In this document: one piece after another, positions 30,811 through 41,001 of the stretch | How the letters are laid out: the number at the start of each line of letters is the position of its first letter | How positions within the stretch are numbered: the stretch's first letter is position 1 | Assembly: GCA_963785725.1 (NCBI GenBank) | Contig: CAWAWS010000025.1 | Span: 15,191-79,190 of the forward strand | Length of the DNA: 64,000 nucleotides | Reading direction: 5' to 3' | Source of the DNA: an uncultured delta proteobacterium | Lineage (GTDB): Bacteria > Myxococcota_A > Polyangia > Palsa-1104 | Translations under genes and position numbers: made by a program | Notes under the pieces: model-generated | Seen by the model: the letters and a program-made list of their open reading frames with translations, nothing else | Database searches by the model: none | Told to the model about the DNA's origin: nothing

Positions 30811-31248
30811 ATGAAAGCACATACGAAATATCTGACGTTCAATACGCCGCAGCGCCGCATGTTGGTGCGTATTACGGAGGACGCGGCGACGTGTTGTAAA
30901 GAGAGCGGCATCGCCGAGGGAATGCTGCTGGTGAGCGCGATGCATATTACGGCCGCGGTATTCGTCAATGACGACGAATCGGGATTGCACGCCGATATCG
31001 AGGAGTGGGTGCAGCGATTGGCGCCCGGTCCGGCGGCCGACGATCGCGCGCCGGGGCCGAATTATCGCCATCATCACAGCGGCGAAGACAATGGCGACGC
31101 GCACCTGAAGAACCTATTGATTGGGCATCAAGTGATCGTTCCCATTACCAAGGGGAAGCTCGATTTGGGGCCGTGGCAGCAGATCTTCTATTACGAATTC
31201 GATGGCCGCCGACCGAAGCGCTTGGTGTTGAAAGCGATGGGCGAGTAA
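30811..31248 (+). CDS. yjbQ: secondary thiamine-phosphate synthase / UPF0047
   Basis: [28 protein letters not shown] motifs. Confidence 0.93.
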   Translation: MKAHTKYLTFNTPQRRMLVRITEDAATCCKESGIAEGMLLVSAMHITAAVFVNDDESGLHADIEEWVQRLAPGPAADDRAPGPNYRHHHSGEDNGDAHLKNLLIGHQVIVPITKGKLDLGPWQQIFYYEFDGRRPKRLVLKAMGE

Positions 31249-31262
31249 GCGTTCGCGCTCAT

Positions 31263-34200
31263 TCAATGGAAATCGTGCGATGGCGCGGCGCTGCCGATTT
31301 CGGTCAGCGACGCGAATTCATCGGCTTTGATGGCGACGACGCCGTCTTGATTTTGCAGCTTGCCGCCGACGATCAGCGCCGGCGCCGTCGTCAACAACGT
31401 GCGCTCTTTGGCGAACCGCTGCGGCGTGACGATGGCGTTGGAGAAGCCGCTCTCGTCTTCCAACGTCAAAAAGAAGAAGCCTTTGGCGGTGCCGGGGCGC
31501 TGGCGCACGATGACGGTGCCGGCGGTGCGCACGCGCACGCCGTCGGCGAGCTCGGCCAATTGCGCCGCGGGCACGATGCCGCGCGCGGCCAGCGACGGGC
31601 GCACGAGCGACACCGGATGCGGCCCGACGGTCATGCCGCTGCCGGCGTAGTCGGCGCTGATGCGCTCGCCGAGCGACATGTCGTCGAGCGGCGTCGTGGC
31701 CTCGTCGGCGACGGCGGCGAAGAGCGCGTTGCCGCTGCGACCGAGCGCCGCCGTCTGCCACAGCGCGCCGCGCCGCTTGTGCGCGTGGTCGCCGCCGATG
31801 TGGTTGAGCGCGCCCACCGACGCCAGCGTCGTCATCTCCGCCGGCTGCACGGCGCCGCGCCGCGCGACGTCGGCGACGGAGACGAACGGCGCCTCGGCGC
31901 GCGCCGCGACCAACTGCTCGCCTACCTGTTGCCGTAAGCCGGCCACATGACGCAGCCCAATCCGCAACGCGCCCGCTTCGATCGAGCACAGCCAATCGGA
32001 GCGCGTGACATCGACGGGCAAGACGCGTACGCCGCGCCGCTTGGCGTCGGTAATCAACGTCGCCGGATGATAAAAGCCCATCGGCCAATTGTTCAACAGC
32101 GAGGCATAAAATGCCGCCGGATGGTGCGCTTTCAAATAGCAGCTGGCATAGACCAACAGCGCGAAGCTGGCCGAATGACTCTCGGGAAACCCATATAACG
32201 CGAATGATTTGATACCCAATACGATCTCGTCTTGCGCGGTCAGGCCGATTCCTCTTTTCGTCATTCCGCGGCGCAGCTCGATTTCGAGGACGCGCATTCG
32301 CTCTTGCGAGCGCTTCGAGCCCATCGCGCGGCGCAGCTCTTCGGCTTGGCCGCCGGTGAAATCGGCGGCGGCCATGGCGATGCGCATGAGCTGCTCTTGA
32401 AAGAGCGGAATCCCCAAGGTGCGTTCCAAGATCGGCTCCAGCGACGGGTGCGCATAAGTGACCGCTTCTCGTCCGGCGCGCCGCTTCAAATACGGATGCA
32501 CCATTTTACCGACGATGGGACCGGGACGAATGATGGCCACCTCGACGACCAAGTCGTAAAACTCGCGCGGCATCATGCGCGGCAACGTCGCCATTTGCGC
32601 GCGCGATTCAATCTGGAATACCCCGACCGTATCGGCCTTTTGAATCATGGCGTAGGTCTCGGGATCGTTTTGCGGCAAATGCGCCAAATCGATCTCGATA
32701 TTCTCGTGCCGGCGAATGAGCGGCACCGCGTCCGCTAAAACCGCCATCATTCCCAAGCCCAACAAATCGATTTTGATGATTCCCAAATCGGCGCAATCGT
32801 CTTTATCCCATTGCACGACGACGCGGCCGGGCATCGACGCCGGCTCGAGCGGCACGACCTTGTCGAGCGCGCCGGCGCAGATGACCATCCCGCCGGAATG
32901 TTGCCCGAGATGGCGCGGCAAACCGAGGAGCTCGCCGCTCAAGCGCAGCAGCTGTTTGACCCGTTCGTCGTCGAGCGACATGCCGCAGCCGAGCAGTTGT
33001 TGGCGCATGTCGTCGTCGGCGGAGCGGAACTCGAACGGGCCGATGCGCTTCGATAACCGGTCCATTTCCAGCTGCGACAAACCCAAGATCTTGCCCATTT
33101 CGCGCACGGCCAAGCGCGCGCGATAGGTGATGCAATTGGCGGTCATGGCGCAGCCGCGCTCGCCATATTTCTTGTAGACGTATTGGATTATTTCTTCGCG
33201 GCGCTCGCCGGAGGGTAAATCGATGTCGATATCGGGCCATTCGCCGCGCTCTTCGGACAAGAAGCGCTCGAACAATAGTTTCATGCCGACCGGATCGACG
33301 GCGGTGATACCGAGCGCATAACAGACCGCGGAGTTGGCGGCCGAGCCGCGGCCTTGCACGAGAATGCCGCGGCGATTGGCGTAATCGACGATATCCCAGA
33401 CGATGAGGAAATAACCGGCGAGCTCCAGCTTGGCGATCAACTGTAATTCGCGCTCGATTTGCGCGGCCGCTTCCGGCGTCATGTCGCGATAGCGATGCCG
33501 CGCGCCTTGCGCCACCAAATGTCTCAGATATTCGAGCTCGGTTCCGCCATGCGGGACGGGATATTTCGGGAATGAATAGCCGAGATCTTCGAGCGTGAAG
33601 CCGCAGCGCGCGGCGATTTGCAGCGTATTGTCGACGGCGCCCGGCACGTCGCGGAACAGCATGCGCATCTGCGCCGCCGACTTCAGGTAGCGCTCGGCGT
33701 TGGCCGCCAATAACGTCCCCGCCGTTTCCAAGGTTCGTTTCTCGCGAATACAGGTCAGCGCGTCATATAAGTCGACGCCGGCGGGCTTGGCATAACGAAC
33801 GTCATTGGTGGCGACGAGCGGAATATGGCGCGCGCTCGCCATGGCCATGACGACCTGGTTACGCCGCTCTTCGCGCGCGTCATGATGACGGCCGATCTCC
33901 AGATACAAATCGCCGGCCGCGAAGATGCCGCCGAGCCGATCGAGATCGCCGTGACCATCGCTGATGGCCAACAAACCGGCGCCGAATTCTTCCAGATCCG
34001 AATGGGTGACGAGCGCCTGACCTTTGGGGCGATTGGCTTTGGAGCGCGTAATCAGCTGACTGAGGTTTTGATATCCGCCGGCATTCTTGACCAGCAATAA
34101 CAAGCGCTGATTCTCGAGCGTGATATCGGCGCCGACGATGGCGTGTAGGCTCTGTCCGCTGGCGCGCCGATAAAAGCGCGGCGCGCCATATAAGCCGTCG

Positions 34201-34331
34201 CGATCGGAGACGGCCAGCGCGTTGTAGCCGAGCTCCACCGCGCGATCGGCCAAATCCTCCGGCAGCGATGCGCCGCGCAAGAAGGAAAAGGCGCTGGCGG
34301 CGCGTAATTCGACGTAATCACAATAGGGCAT
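31263..34331 (-). CDS. dnaE2: error-prone DNA polymerase DnaE2 (ImuC)
   Basis: PHP domain SAFSFLRGAS, GRGSAANS, PDIDID, QHSGG, FPESH, RQRPGTAKG, C-terminal SHDFH. Confidence 0.97.
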   Translation of the reverse strand: MPYCDYVELRAASAFSFLRGASLPEDLADRAVELGYNALAVSDRDGLYGAPRFYRRASGQSLHAIVGADITLENQRLLLLVKNAGGYQNLSQLITRSKANRPKGQALVTHSDLEEFGAGLLAISDGHGDLDRLGGIFAAGDLYLEIGRHHDAREERRNQVVMAMASARHIPLVATNDVRYAKPAGVDLYDALTCIREKRTLETAGTLLAANAERYLKSAAQMRMLFRDVPGAVDNTLQIAARCGFTLEDLGYSFPKYPVPHGGTELEYLRHLVAQGARHRYRDMTPEAAAQIERELQLIAKLELAGYFLIVWDIVDYANRRGILVQGRGSAANSAVCYALGITAVDPVGMKLLFERFLSEERGEWPDIDIDLPSGERREEIIQYVYKKYGERGCAMTANCITYRARLAVREMGKILGLSQLEMDRLSKRIGPFEFRSADDDMRQQLLGCGMSLDDERVKQLLRLSGELLGLPRHLGQHSGGMVICAGALDKVVPLEPASMPGRVVVQWDKDDCADLGIIKIDLLGLGMMAVLADAVPLIRRHENIEIDLAHLPQNDPETYAMIQKADTVGVFQIESRAQMATLPRMMPREFYDLVVEVAIIRPGPIVGKMVHPYLKRRAGREAVTYAHPSLEPILERTLGIPLFQEQLMRIAMAAADFTGGQAEELRRAMGSKRSQERMRVLEIELRRGMTKRGIGLTAQDEIVLGIKSFALYGFPESHSASFALLVYASCYLKAHHPAAFYASLLNNWPMGFYHPATLITDAKRRGVRVLPVDVTRSDWLCSIEAGALRIGLRHVAGLRQQVGEQLVAARAEAPFVSVADVARRGAVQPAEMTTLASVGALNHIGGDHAHKRRGALWQTAALGRSGNALFAAVADEATTPLDDMSLGERISADYAGSGMTVGPHPVSLVRPSLAARGIVPAAQLAELADGVRVRTAGTVIVRQRPGTAKGFFFLTLEDESGFSNAIVTPQRFAKERTLLTTAPALIVGGKLQNQDGVVAIKADEFASLTEIGSAAPSHDFH

Positions 34332-34348
34332 TCAATGACGTTTCCATT

Positions 34349-35896
34349 TCATTCGTAACAGCCGTCGATATGCCAGCTGTTCTGTTGCAAGTCGTGAAAG
34401 ACGCGATAAATGGCGCCGTCGGATAATTCGACGTCGTAGTAATCGCGTATCAATGGGTTTTGCCACCAGCCGTCGCGAATGCGGAAGGGACCGGCCGCGG
34501 CCAGCACTTGGCCGCCGACGCCTTGGCCGCTCAAGTAGCGCAAACGGCCGCGATCGAGGCGCGCTTCGGCATCGAGCGGCGGGCGCAACGCGTGCAAAGC
34601 CAGCTGGCGCGCGTCCGAAGCCGGGGGCGTCATCTTCGCGGGCAATGGCTCGTCTTGGGTCACTTTGAGCGGCTTATTGGCGACGCGCGGCGAGTTGAAC
34701 GGCTGCAGCGTGAACGCGTCGGGCAGGTGGCGATCGACGAGCGCCGGCGCGCCCACGCGCGTCTCGCCGACGAGCGCGCTCAGCTTGGCCAGCGTCGACG
34801 CCAGCTTGTCGGGCGACGGGCCGGCGGGCTCGAAGAACGACAGCTGCGCCGGCCGCGCCCGCGCCGGCGTCGTGCGAATGCGAATGCTGTCGACGGCGTT
34901 CGCCGGCGGCGACGTCTCGAGCGCCAGGCGCACCAGCGACAACAGCGTACCGACATCGCGCGTCGGCGAGGCGACGGGCACGACGCGCACGTCGCGGCCG
35001 CGCGGCGACAGCTTGAGCGAGAGGCCCAAGTCGCTGGCCGACAGCGCGCGACAGGCGAGCCGCGCCGTCAAATTCTCCAGCAAACGACGCAGCACGAACA
35101 GGAGCGGCTCGACGTTTTCGCAGGGCCAATCGAGATCGATCCCCTCTTCGAACAGCGTCGGCTCGGGGCGCGCGATGAGCGGCGAATCGGCCTGGCCGCG
35201 CGCGATGCGACCGATGCGCGCGCCTTCGGCGCCGAGCCTCACGGCGACACCGCCTTGCGGCAGCGCCTCGAGCTCGCCAATCGTGCGCACGCCCCAGCCG
35301 CGCAGCGTCGCCAGCACCGCCGCGTCGGGCTCGAGGAGCGCGATGGGCAGCGGCGCCAAGAACGCGGCCTCGCGACCGGGCGCGACGACGGTGACGTCGG
35401 AGGGCTCACCGTCGGGGCCGACGCCGGCGCGGGCGGCGATGCGCGCGGTCGTCTTGTCGCCGGCGATGCCGACGCGCACGGCCAGGCCCAGCTTGCGCGC
35501 GGCGACGAAGAGCGCGTTGGCGATCTCGGCGTCGCTGTCGAAGAGGCGGCCCAAATCGGACACGTCGAGCGCGACGCCGGCGGCGACCGACTCGACGCGC
35601 GGCGAAAAGGCGGCGCCGAGGTCGGCCAGCGCGCTCTCCGCCGAGCGCACGAGCTCCGGCGAGCGCGCGCGATAGACGGCGTCGGGCGCGGCGGCGCGGG
35701 CGACGAAGAGCGTCATGCCGACGCGCAGGCCGAGCTTGCGCGCGGCGGCGCTCAGGTCGAAGACGTCGCGGCCTTCGCAGACGACGAGCGGCTGCCCGAC
35801 GAGGTCGGGATCGGCGCGCTCGATCGCCTGCACGGCCAAGTGCGGCACGAGGACGCACGCGATGCGCGGCGCGGTGGCGGTGCGCACGCGCGCCAT
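34349..35896 (-). CDS. imuB: Y-family polymerase-like protein ImuB
   Basis: Y-polymerase-like N-terminus lacking the catalytic motif, QLSFF clamp motif, GP.RI..GWW...RDYY C-terminus; lies between imuA and dnaE2. Confidence 0.92.
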   Translation of the reverse strand: MARVRTATAPRIACVLVPHLAVQAIERADPDLVGQPLVVCEGRDVFDLSAAARKLGLRVGMTLFVARAAAPDAVYRARSPELVRSAESALADLGAAFSPRVESVAAGVALDVSDLGRLFDSDAEIANALFVAARKLGLAVRVGIAGDKTTARIAARAGVGPDGEPSDVTVVAPGREAAFLAPLPIALLEPDAAVLATLRGWGVRTIGELEALPQGGVAVRLGAEGARIGRIARGQADSPLIARPEPTLFEEGIDLDWPCENVEPLLFVLRRLLENLTARLACRALSASDLGLSLKLSPRGRDVRVVPVASPTRDVGTLLSLVRLALETSPPANAVDSIRIRTTPARARPAQLSFFEPAGPSPDKLASTLAKLSALVGETRVGAPALVDRHLPDAFTLQPFNSPRVANKPLKVTQDEPLPAKMTPPASDARQLALHALRPPLDAEARLDRGRLRYLSGQGVGGQVLAAAGPFRIRDGWWQNPLIRDYYDVELSDGAIYRVFHDLQQNSWHIDGCYE

Positions 35897-35904
35897 CGCT
35901 CGCG

Positions 35905-36930
35905 CTACTTCGAGCCGCTGCGGCCGCTGAATGCGGGCGACGCGGCGAAGCCGGTGTTCTCGTACGACGGGCTACCGGGATTGGGACCGCCGCCGCCGCC
36001 GAAATTGCGCGCCACTTTGGGTGACACGACGACGGCGGGAGCCAGCGGCACGCCCAGATCATCGACGTCCGGCAGGTAGATTTCGCGCGCCAGCTGCGGC
36101 GGCACGCGAATGACCGCGGCGTCGTCGACGTCCGCCGGCAGCGCGCGCCGCGGCGGCCGAACCGTTACGGCGACGGGCGTTTGCAGCTCGCCCAAGTCGA
36201 CGCACAAGGGCAACAGAGCCGCGCCCAGCTGGGGACCGAGCTTGTTGCGCGCCACCGCGATGCGACCGTTGACGCCGTCGAGCAGGCGCGGCGCCTCGTT
36301 CTGCCCGAGCCAGCGGCCGCGCCCGCGATCGGCCGCCAGCGACAGCGCGCCCAGCGTGCCGACGAGCGGTCGATCGGCGACGACGACGAACGCCGCCTTG
36401 GCGCGCTCCGCCCGCCGCGCCAGCTTCAGCCACGGCGCATCGCCGCGGACGACGGATTGCCGCCGATTCCAGCCGACGCGCGTCTCGCTGTCGACGACCT
36501 GCGCGGAGACGCCGGCCAAATAGAGGACCACGAGGCCGAAGCCGCCGACGTCGAGCAGCCAATCGGCCGCTTTCAGCCCGTCGACGACGCTGCGCGGGCG
36601 CACCCACAACAGTCGCGGCAGCGCGACGCCGGCGCGCGCGGCCGAGCGCGGGTCGAGCGCGTCGGCGACGTCGACGAGCGCGACCAGCTCGCCCGCCGCC
36701 TGCGCCGCCGCCGTCATCGCCAGTGTCGCCGACATGCGCCCCGACGAGCGCGGGCCCGACAGCTCGACCAGGCGGCCGCGCGGTAAGCCGCCGTCGAGCA
36801 GCGCGTCGAGCGCCGGCAATCCCGTCGACAAGCGCGCCGCGGCCGGCTGCGTCGAAGCCGCCACCAGGCGCGCGCTCTCGGCTCGCATGCCGGCCAGCAC
36901 ATCCGCAATCTGCTGCGCGGTGGCGGCCAC
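35905..36930 (-). CDS. imuA: RecA-like protein ImuA
   Basis: LSTG...LD.LL.GGLPRG...E..G..SSGR (degenerate Walker A), ALVD...DP; long low-complexity C-terminal tail. Confidence 0.88.
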   Translation of the reverse strand: MAATAQQIADVLAGMRAESARLVAASTQPAAARLSTGLPALDALLDGGLPRGRLVELSGPRSSGRMSATLAMTAAAQAAGELVALVDVADALDPRSAARAGVALPRLLWVRPRSVVDGLKAADWLLDVGGFGLVVLYLAGVSAQVVDSETRVGWNRRQSVVRGDAPWLKLARRAERAKAAFVVVADRPLVGTLGALSLAADRGRGRWLGQNEAPRLLDGVNGRIAVARNKLGPQLGAALLPLCVDLGELQTPVAVTVRPPRRALPADVDDAAVIRVPPQLAREIYLPDVDDLGVPLAPAVVVSPKVARNFGGGGGPNPGSPSYENTGFAASPAFSGRSGSK

Positions 36931-36942
36931 GAATGAGATATA

Positions 36943-36958
36943 CTGAACACTCGATCAG
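36943..36958. promoter_or_regulatory. putative LexA (SOS) box within the imuA promoter
   Basis: CTGAAC-ACTC-GATCAG imperfect palindrome resembling the Myxococcus LexA consensus CTRHAMRYBYGTTCAGS; fills the spacer of TTGAAA-N17-TATATC on the minus strand. Confidence 0.8.
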
Positions 36959-36996
36959 GTTTCAAGGGACGACCGATTCATCCAACGTAAGAGCGC

Positions 36997-38517
36997 GTGA
37001 AGACTGCCATCGTCATCGGCGCCGGAGTCGGCGGATTGGCCGCGGCCATCCACTTGGCGCGCGCCGGCGTGCGCGTCCGGCTCTTCGAGCGCGCGGCCAC
37101 CGTCGGCGGCAAGCTGCGCGAAATCGACTTGGGCGACCGCAAAGTTCTGGGCGGCCCGTCGGTGTTGACGATGCGCTGGGTCTTCGACGAGCTGTTCGAC
37201 GGCCGCCTGGCCGACTACGTGACCTTGACGCCGGTCGATCCGCTCTGCCGCCACTTCTTCGCCGACCAAAGCCAGCTCGACCTCTTCACCGACGCTGACG
37301 AGAGCCGCGAGGCCATCCGTCGCTTCGCCGGCAATCGCGACGCCGACGGCTACATGAAGTTCCGCAAACAGGCGCACAAGATCTTCGACATCGTCAGAAA
37401 GCCGTTCATGGAAGAGGCGGTGCCGTCGCTGTTCGACTTCATGAGCCCGCGCTCCTTGTGGCAGCTGACGCAGATCGACGGGATGCGCACGCTCATGCGC
37501 GCCGTCGAGGACTACTTCGTCGACCCGCGTTTGCGACAGCTATTCGCGCGTTACGCGACCTATAACGGCTCGTCGCCGTATCACGCGCCGGCGACGCTGG
37601 CGGTCATCGCGCACGTCGAGAACGCGCACGGCATCTTCGGCGTTTCCGGCGGCATTTACCGCTTGGCCGAGGCGCTCGAGCGGCGCGCGCGCGAGCTCGG
37701 CGTCGACGTCGTCACCAACGCCGACGTCGAGGAGATCGTCGTCGAGCCCAACGGCGGCCCGCTGGCGACGGCGCTGCGCGCGCGCGGCATCCGCGTCAAC
37801 GGCGGTGTCGAATGGGCCGATTGCGTCGTCGCCAACTGCGATGTCGCCGACGCCTATGGACGCTTATTGGCCGATGTCGCGCCGGCGCGGAAGCAAATGC
37901 GCAAATATGCCGAGGAAGAATTATCGCTCTCGGCCTATGTGCTGTTGGCTCTGTCGCCCAAGCCGAAACAGCCGTCTTTGCTGCATCACAACGTCTTCTT
38001 CTCGAGCGACTATGCGCGTGAGTTTCGTCAGCTCGTCGACGAGCGGCGGCCGCCCGAAGATCCGACGGTCTATGTCTGCCACGAACAAGCGACAATGACC
38101 GATGAGACTGACGAAGCGCCCTATTTCATCCTCACCAACGCGCCGCCGCTGACTGACAAAGGCGCGACCCAAGCGGCCATCGATTGGCCGGCGGAGTCGG
38201 CGCGTTGTCGCGCGCGCATCGAGCGCGTGTTGGCGCGGCACGGCTGGGATCTGACGCCGTCGGCGACGAGCGAAATCACGCCGCCCGACTTCGCCGCGCG
38301 CTTCCCGTCGAGCCGCGGCGCCATTTACGGCTTGGCGTCGAACTCGCGCTTGGCGGCGTTCAAGCGGCCGGCCAACACTTTTCCCGGTATCGAAGGCATC
38401 TATTTCTGCGGCGGCTCCGTACATCCTGGTGCCGGCTTGCCGATGGTCGCTTTGTCGGCACGAATCGCCACGCGGCTGGCTCTGACGAACGAATGGAAGG
38501 ATACTGAGCGCGCATGA
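36997..38517 (+). CDS. crtD: phytoene desaturase family, CrtD-like carotenoid 3,4-desaturase
   Basis: VIGAGVGGL, GGK, GPSVLTMRWVFDELF, RYATYNGSSP, GAIYG, GGSVHPG.G.PM motifs. Confidence 0.75.
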   Translation: MKTAIVIGAGVGGLAAAIHLARAGVRVRLFERAATVGGKLREIDLGDRKVLGGPSVLTMRWVFDELFDGRLADYVTLTPVDPLCRHFFADQSQLDLFTDADESREAIRRFAGNRDADGYMKFRKQAHKIFDIVRKPFMEEAVPSLFDFMSPRSLWQLTQIDGMRTLMRAVEDYFVDPRLRQLFARYATYNGSSPYHAPATLAVIAHVENAHGIFGVSGGIYRLAEALERRARELGVDVVTNADVEEIVVEPNGGPLATALRARGIRVNGGVEWADCVVANCDVADAYGRLLADVAPARKQMRKYAEEELSLSAYVLLALSPKPKQPSLLHHNVFFSSDYAREFRQLVDERRPPEDPTVYVCHEQATMTDETDEAPYFILTNAPPLTDKGATQAAIDWPAESARCRARIERVLARHGWDLTPSATSEITPPDFAARFPSSRGAIYGLASNSRLAAFKRPANTFPGIEGIYFCGGSVHPGAGLPMVALSARIATRLALTNEWKDTERA

Positions 38518-40167
38518 AACCGGATCACGATGTAGCCATCCTCGGCGGCGGTCTCGTCGGTGCCATGGCCGCTTTGCAGCTGCAGCGGCGCGGTATCGAC
38601 TGCGTCGTCCTCGAGTCGCGGCCGTGGGGCAAAGAGCAAAAGACGGTGGTCGGCGAAGCGCTCACCGAAGGCACGAGCGTGTTCTTGCGGCACGAGTTGG
38701 AGCTGACCGACTGGCTCAAAGAGCATGCTTATCGCAAGTTCGGCTTCGACTTCCTCATTCGCCCGCGCAATGCGCCGTTGCCGGAGACGATGGAAGATTG
38801 TCACGAATTACTGCTGTCATTGACGCCGCTGGAAAAGAATCCCGACGCGTTCACCAAGCTGATTCCGACCTATCACGTCGAGCGCACGGCCTTCAATCGC
38901 CACGTCGCCGAGCGCGCCATCGCCGCCGGCGCGCGCTATCTCGACGGCGCCAGCGTCGAGCAAGTGGCATTGGGCGAGCCTCCCGGCCTCGCCTAACGGC
39001 GCAATGAAGGGCGAGCCGCATCGCGTGCACTATGCGCACAAAGGCGCGCCGCAATCGCTGACGGCGCGCTGGGTCATCGACGCCAGCGGCCGTCGCACCG
39101 TGCTCGGCCGCCAGCTCGGCATCACCCGTCCCGTCGCCGAGCTCGACACCGCCGCCGTGTGGAACCGCTTCGAAAACGTCAATGACGACCCGGCGTTTTG
39201 GCGCACGTTTCACGGCGTCGATCGGCGGCGACATACCATTCACTTTTGCGGCGACGGCTTTTGGATCTGGTGGATTCACTTGAAAGGCGGCCATACGTCG
39301 GTCGGCGTCTCTTACGACAAAGCGCAGCACCAGCCGGACATCAAGACCGACGATCGCGGCTTCTGGGAGCTGATTCGTAAGTTCCCGCCGGTCGCCAAAG
39401 CGCTCGCCGACGCGCGGCCGCTCGAGCCTTATCAGTATTACGCGCACCTGCCTTACAACAGCGATTATTGGTTATCGCAGCAGCGTTATGCGCTCATCGG
39501 CGATGCCGCTTGGTTCACCGACGCGCTCTACTCGATCGGCATCGAGACCGCGTGCCGGCAATTGACGGCGTTGGCGCCCATCGTCGTCGGCGACACGCGC
39601 GGCGACGCCATCTGTCCCGACAATGTCGCCCTATTGAACAGCGAGTTCGGCAATACGCAAAAGGCGGTCTTGCAGCTCAACAAGTTCAAATACAAAGAGG
39701 GTTGGCACCGCCCGCACGTCGTCATGCAAACGGCGCTGTACGAGTTGGGCGAGATCGCCGAGCTCTATCACATGCAAGATCGCCGGCGCTGGCTGCCGGA
39801 AAACCTGGCGCGCAACTATCGTATGCAATGGGGCTCCAAAGCGCGGCTCGATTCCTTAGTGCGGTTCCAAGAAGAGGCGCTCAAGGACGGCGACAGAGAT
39901 TTGACCGACGACCAGCTGCTCAAGAAGGCGCTCTTGCCCGGCCGTCGCGTCTACAATGTCACTTGGCCGCTGTGGAAGCTGCCCAACGCGCGTCCGTGGT
40001 TCTTCAAGCTGACGCGCGTCTGGGGCTTTGCCGAGCGACTGACGCAGCGACACCAGCTGTTCCCCGATGGTCTGGGCTGGATGGCGGCCGAAGACTGGAA
40101 GCAGATGTTGCCCGGCCAGCGCGCGCACAAAAAGAGCGATGCCGTCCAGCGATCTTCGGTCGGCTGA
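38514..40167 (+). CDS. FAD-dependent halogenase-like oxidoreductase, split at 38972-39017
   Basis: GGGLVG, VGEA, YHVER..F in ORF 38514-38996; IDASGR, WIWWIH (WxWxI-like), IGDAA.F.D.LYS.G in ORF 39004-40167; a one-base frame offset joins the two. Confidence 0.75.
38972..39017 (+). repeat. 9-bp direct repeat GGGCGAGCC flanking a hairpin-forming insert
   Basis: Copies at 38972-38980 and 39009-39017 (37 nt apart); GGCGAG..CTCGCC stem followed by TAACGGC. Confidence 0.75.
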
Positions 40168-40969
40168 GCCGGCGCGCGGCGCGCCGCGCTTCGACGCCGA
40201 GCTGCTGCCGCGCCTCGTGCGCATTCCCTTCTTTCGACAAGCGACAGACATAGAGATCGATCGTTCCTATGACGCCTATGTCAGCGGCGATTACCAGCGA
40301 CTGTGCGACGTCTGGTGCGAAACGGCGCAGCCGACGCGCGCCGATCTCGGCAAATTGACGACGATTTACGATCGCGCCCGTTACGCGCCTTCCTTATCGA
40401 ACGGCCTGGTGTTCCTCGCGACATTGCGCGCCGTCTTGCGCGCGGGCGTGAAGTTCCGCAGCAAGCTGTCGGCGCGAACGCAGCTGTCGTTACAAAAGGA
40501 CTTCCCCTGGCTCGAGAATCGCCATCGCCATATTCCGCCGGGATGGACACCCTCCTTCAAGTTTCCCGACGAGATGCGCCGATTCATCGACGCGCTGCCG
40601 ATCGAAGACGCGCGCGTGCGCTGGCAATTGTGCGCGGCCTTGAATGAGGTGCAGCAGCAGTGGTATTCGCGCCACGCCGCCGAGCGCTTCGCCGTGCCCG
40701 AGCTCGTGCAGCATGCGGCGCGCGAGCGGCAATTGGCGGTCAATTACTTCGCGCATTGGGCGCCGCCGGTGACGCGCGAGCTGTGGCGCCAATGCATCGT
40801 CATGCTCGACGCGCTCAACGCCGCGACGTTCGATATGATCTGCAATCGCGAGCGCGGCGCGATGTTGCGCCACGCGGCGACGGGATGGATCACCCGCCGC
40901 GGCGAATGGCGACAGTTTGTCGCAGCGTTAAAGACGCCGCAATGGATCATGGAGCCGAGCGTCTACTGA
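40139..40969 (+). CDS. hypothetical protein
   Basis: Long frame with non-shadow amino-acid composition, overlapping the end of the halogenase-like gene; start uncertain. Confidence 0.6.
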   Translation: MPSSDLRSAEPARGAPRFDAELLPRLVRIPFFRQATDIEIDRSYDAYVSGDYQRLCDVWCETAQPTRADLGKLTTIYDRARYAPSLSNGLVFLATLRAVLRAGVKFRSKLSARTQLSLQKDFPWLENRHRHIPPGWTPSFKFPDEMRRFIDALPIEDARVRWQLCAALNEVQQQWYSRHAAERFAVPELVQHAARERQLAVNYFAHWAPPVTRELWRQCIVMLDALNAATFDMICNRERGAMLRHAATGWITRRGEWRQFVAALKTPQWIMEPSVY

Positions 40970-41001
40970 TTCATGACTAAGAAAAGTGCTAAAAGCGAGC
41001 C

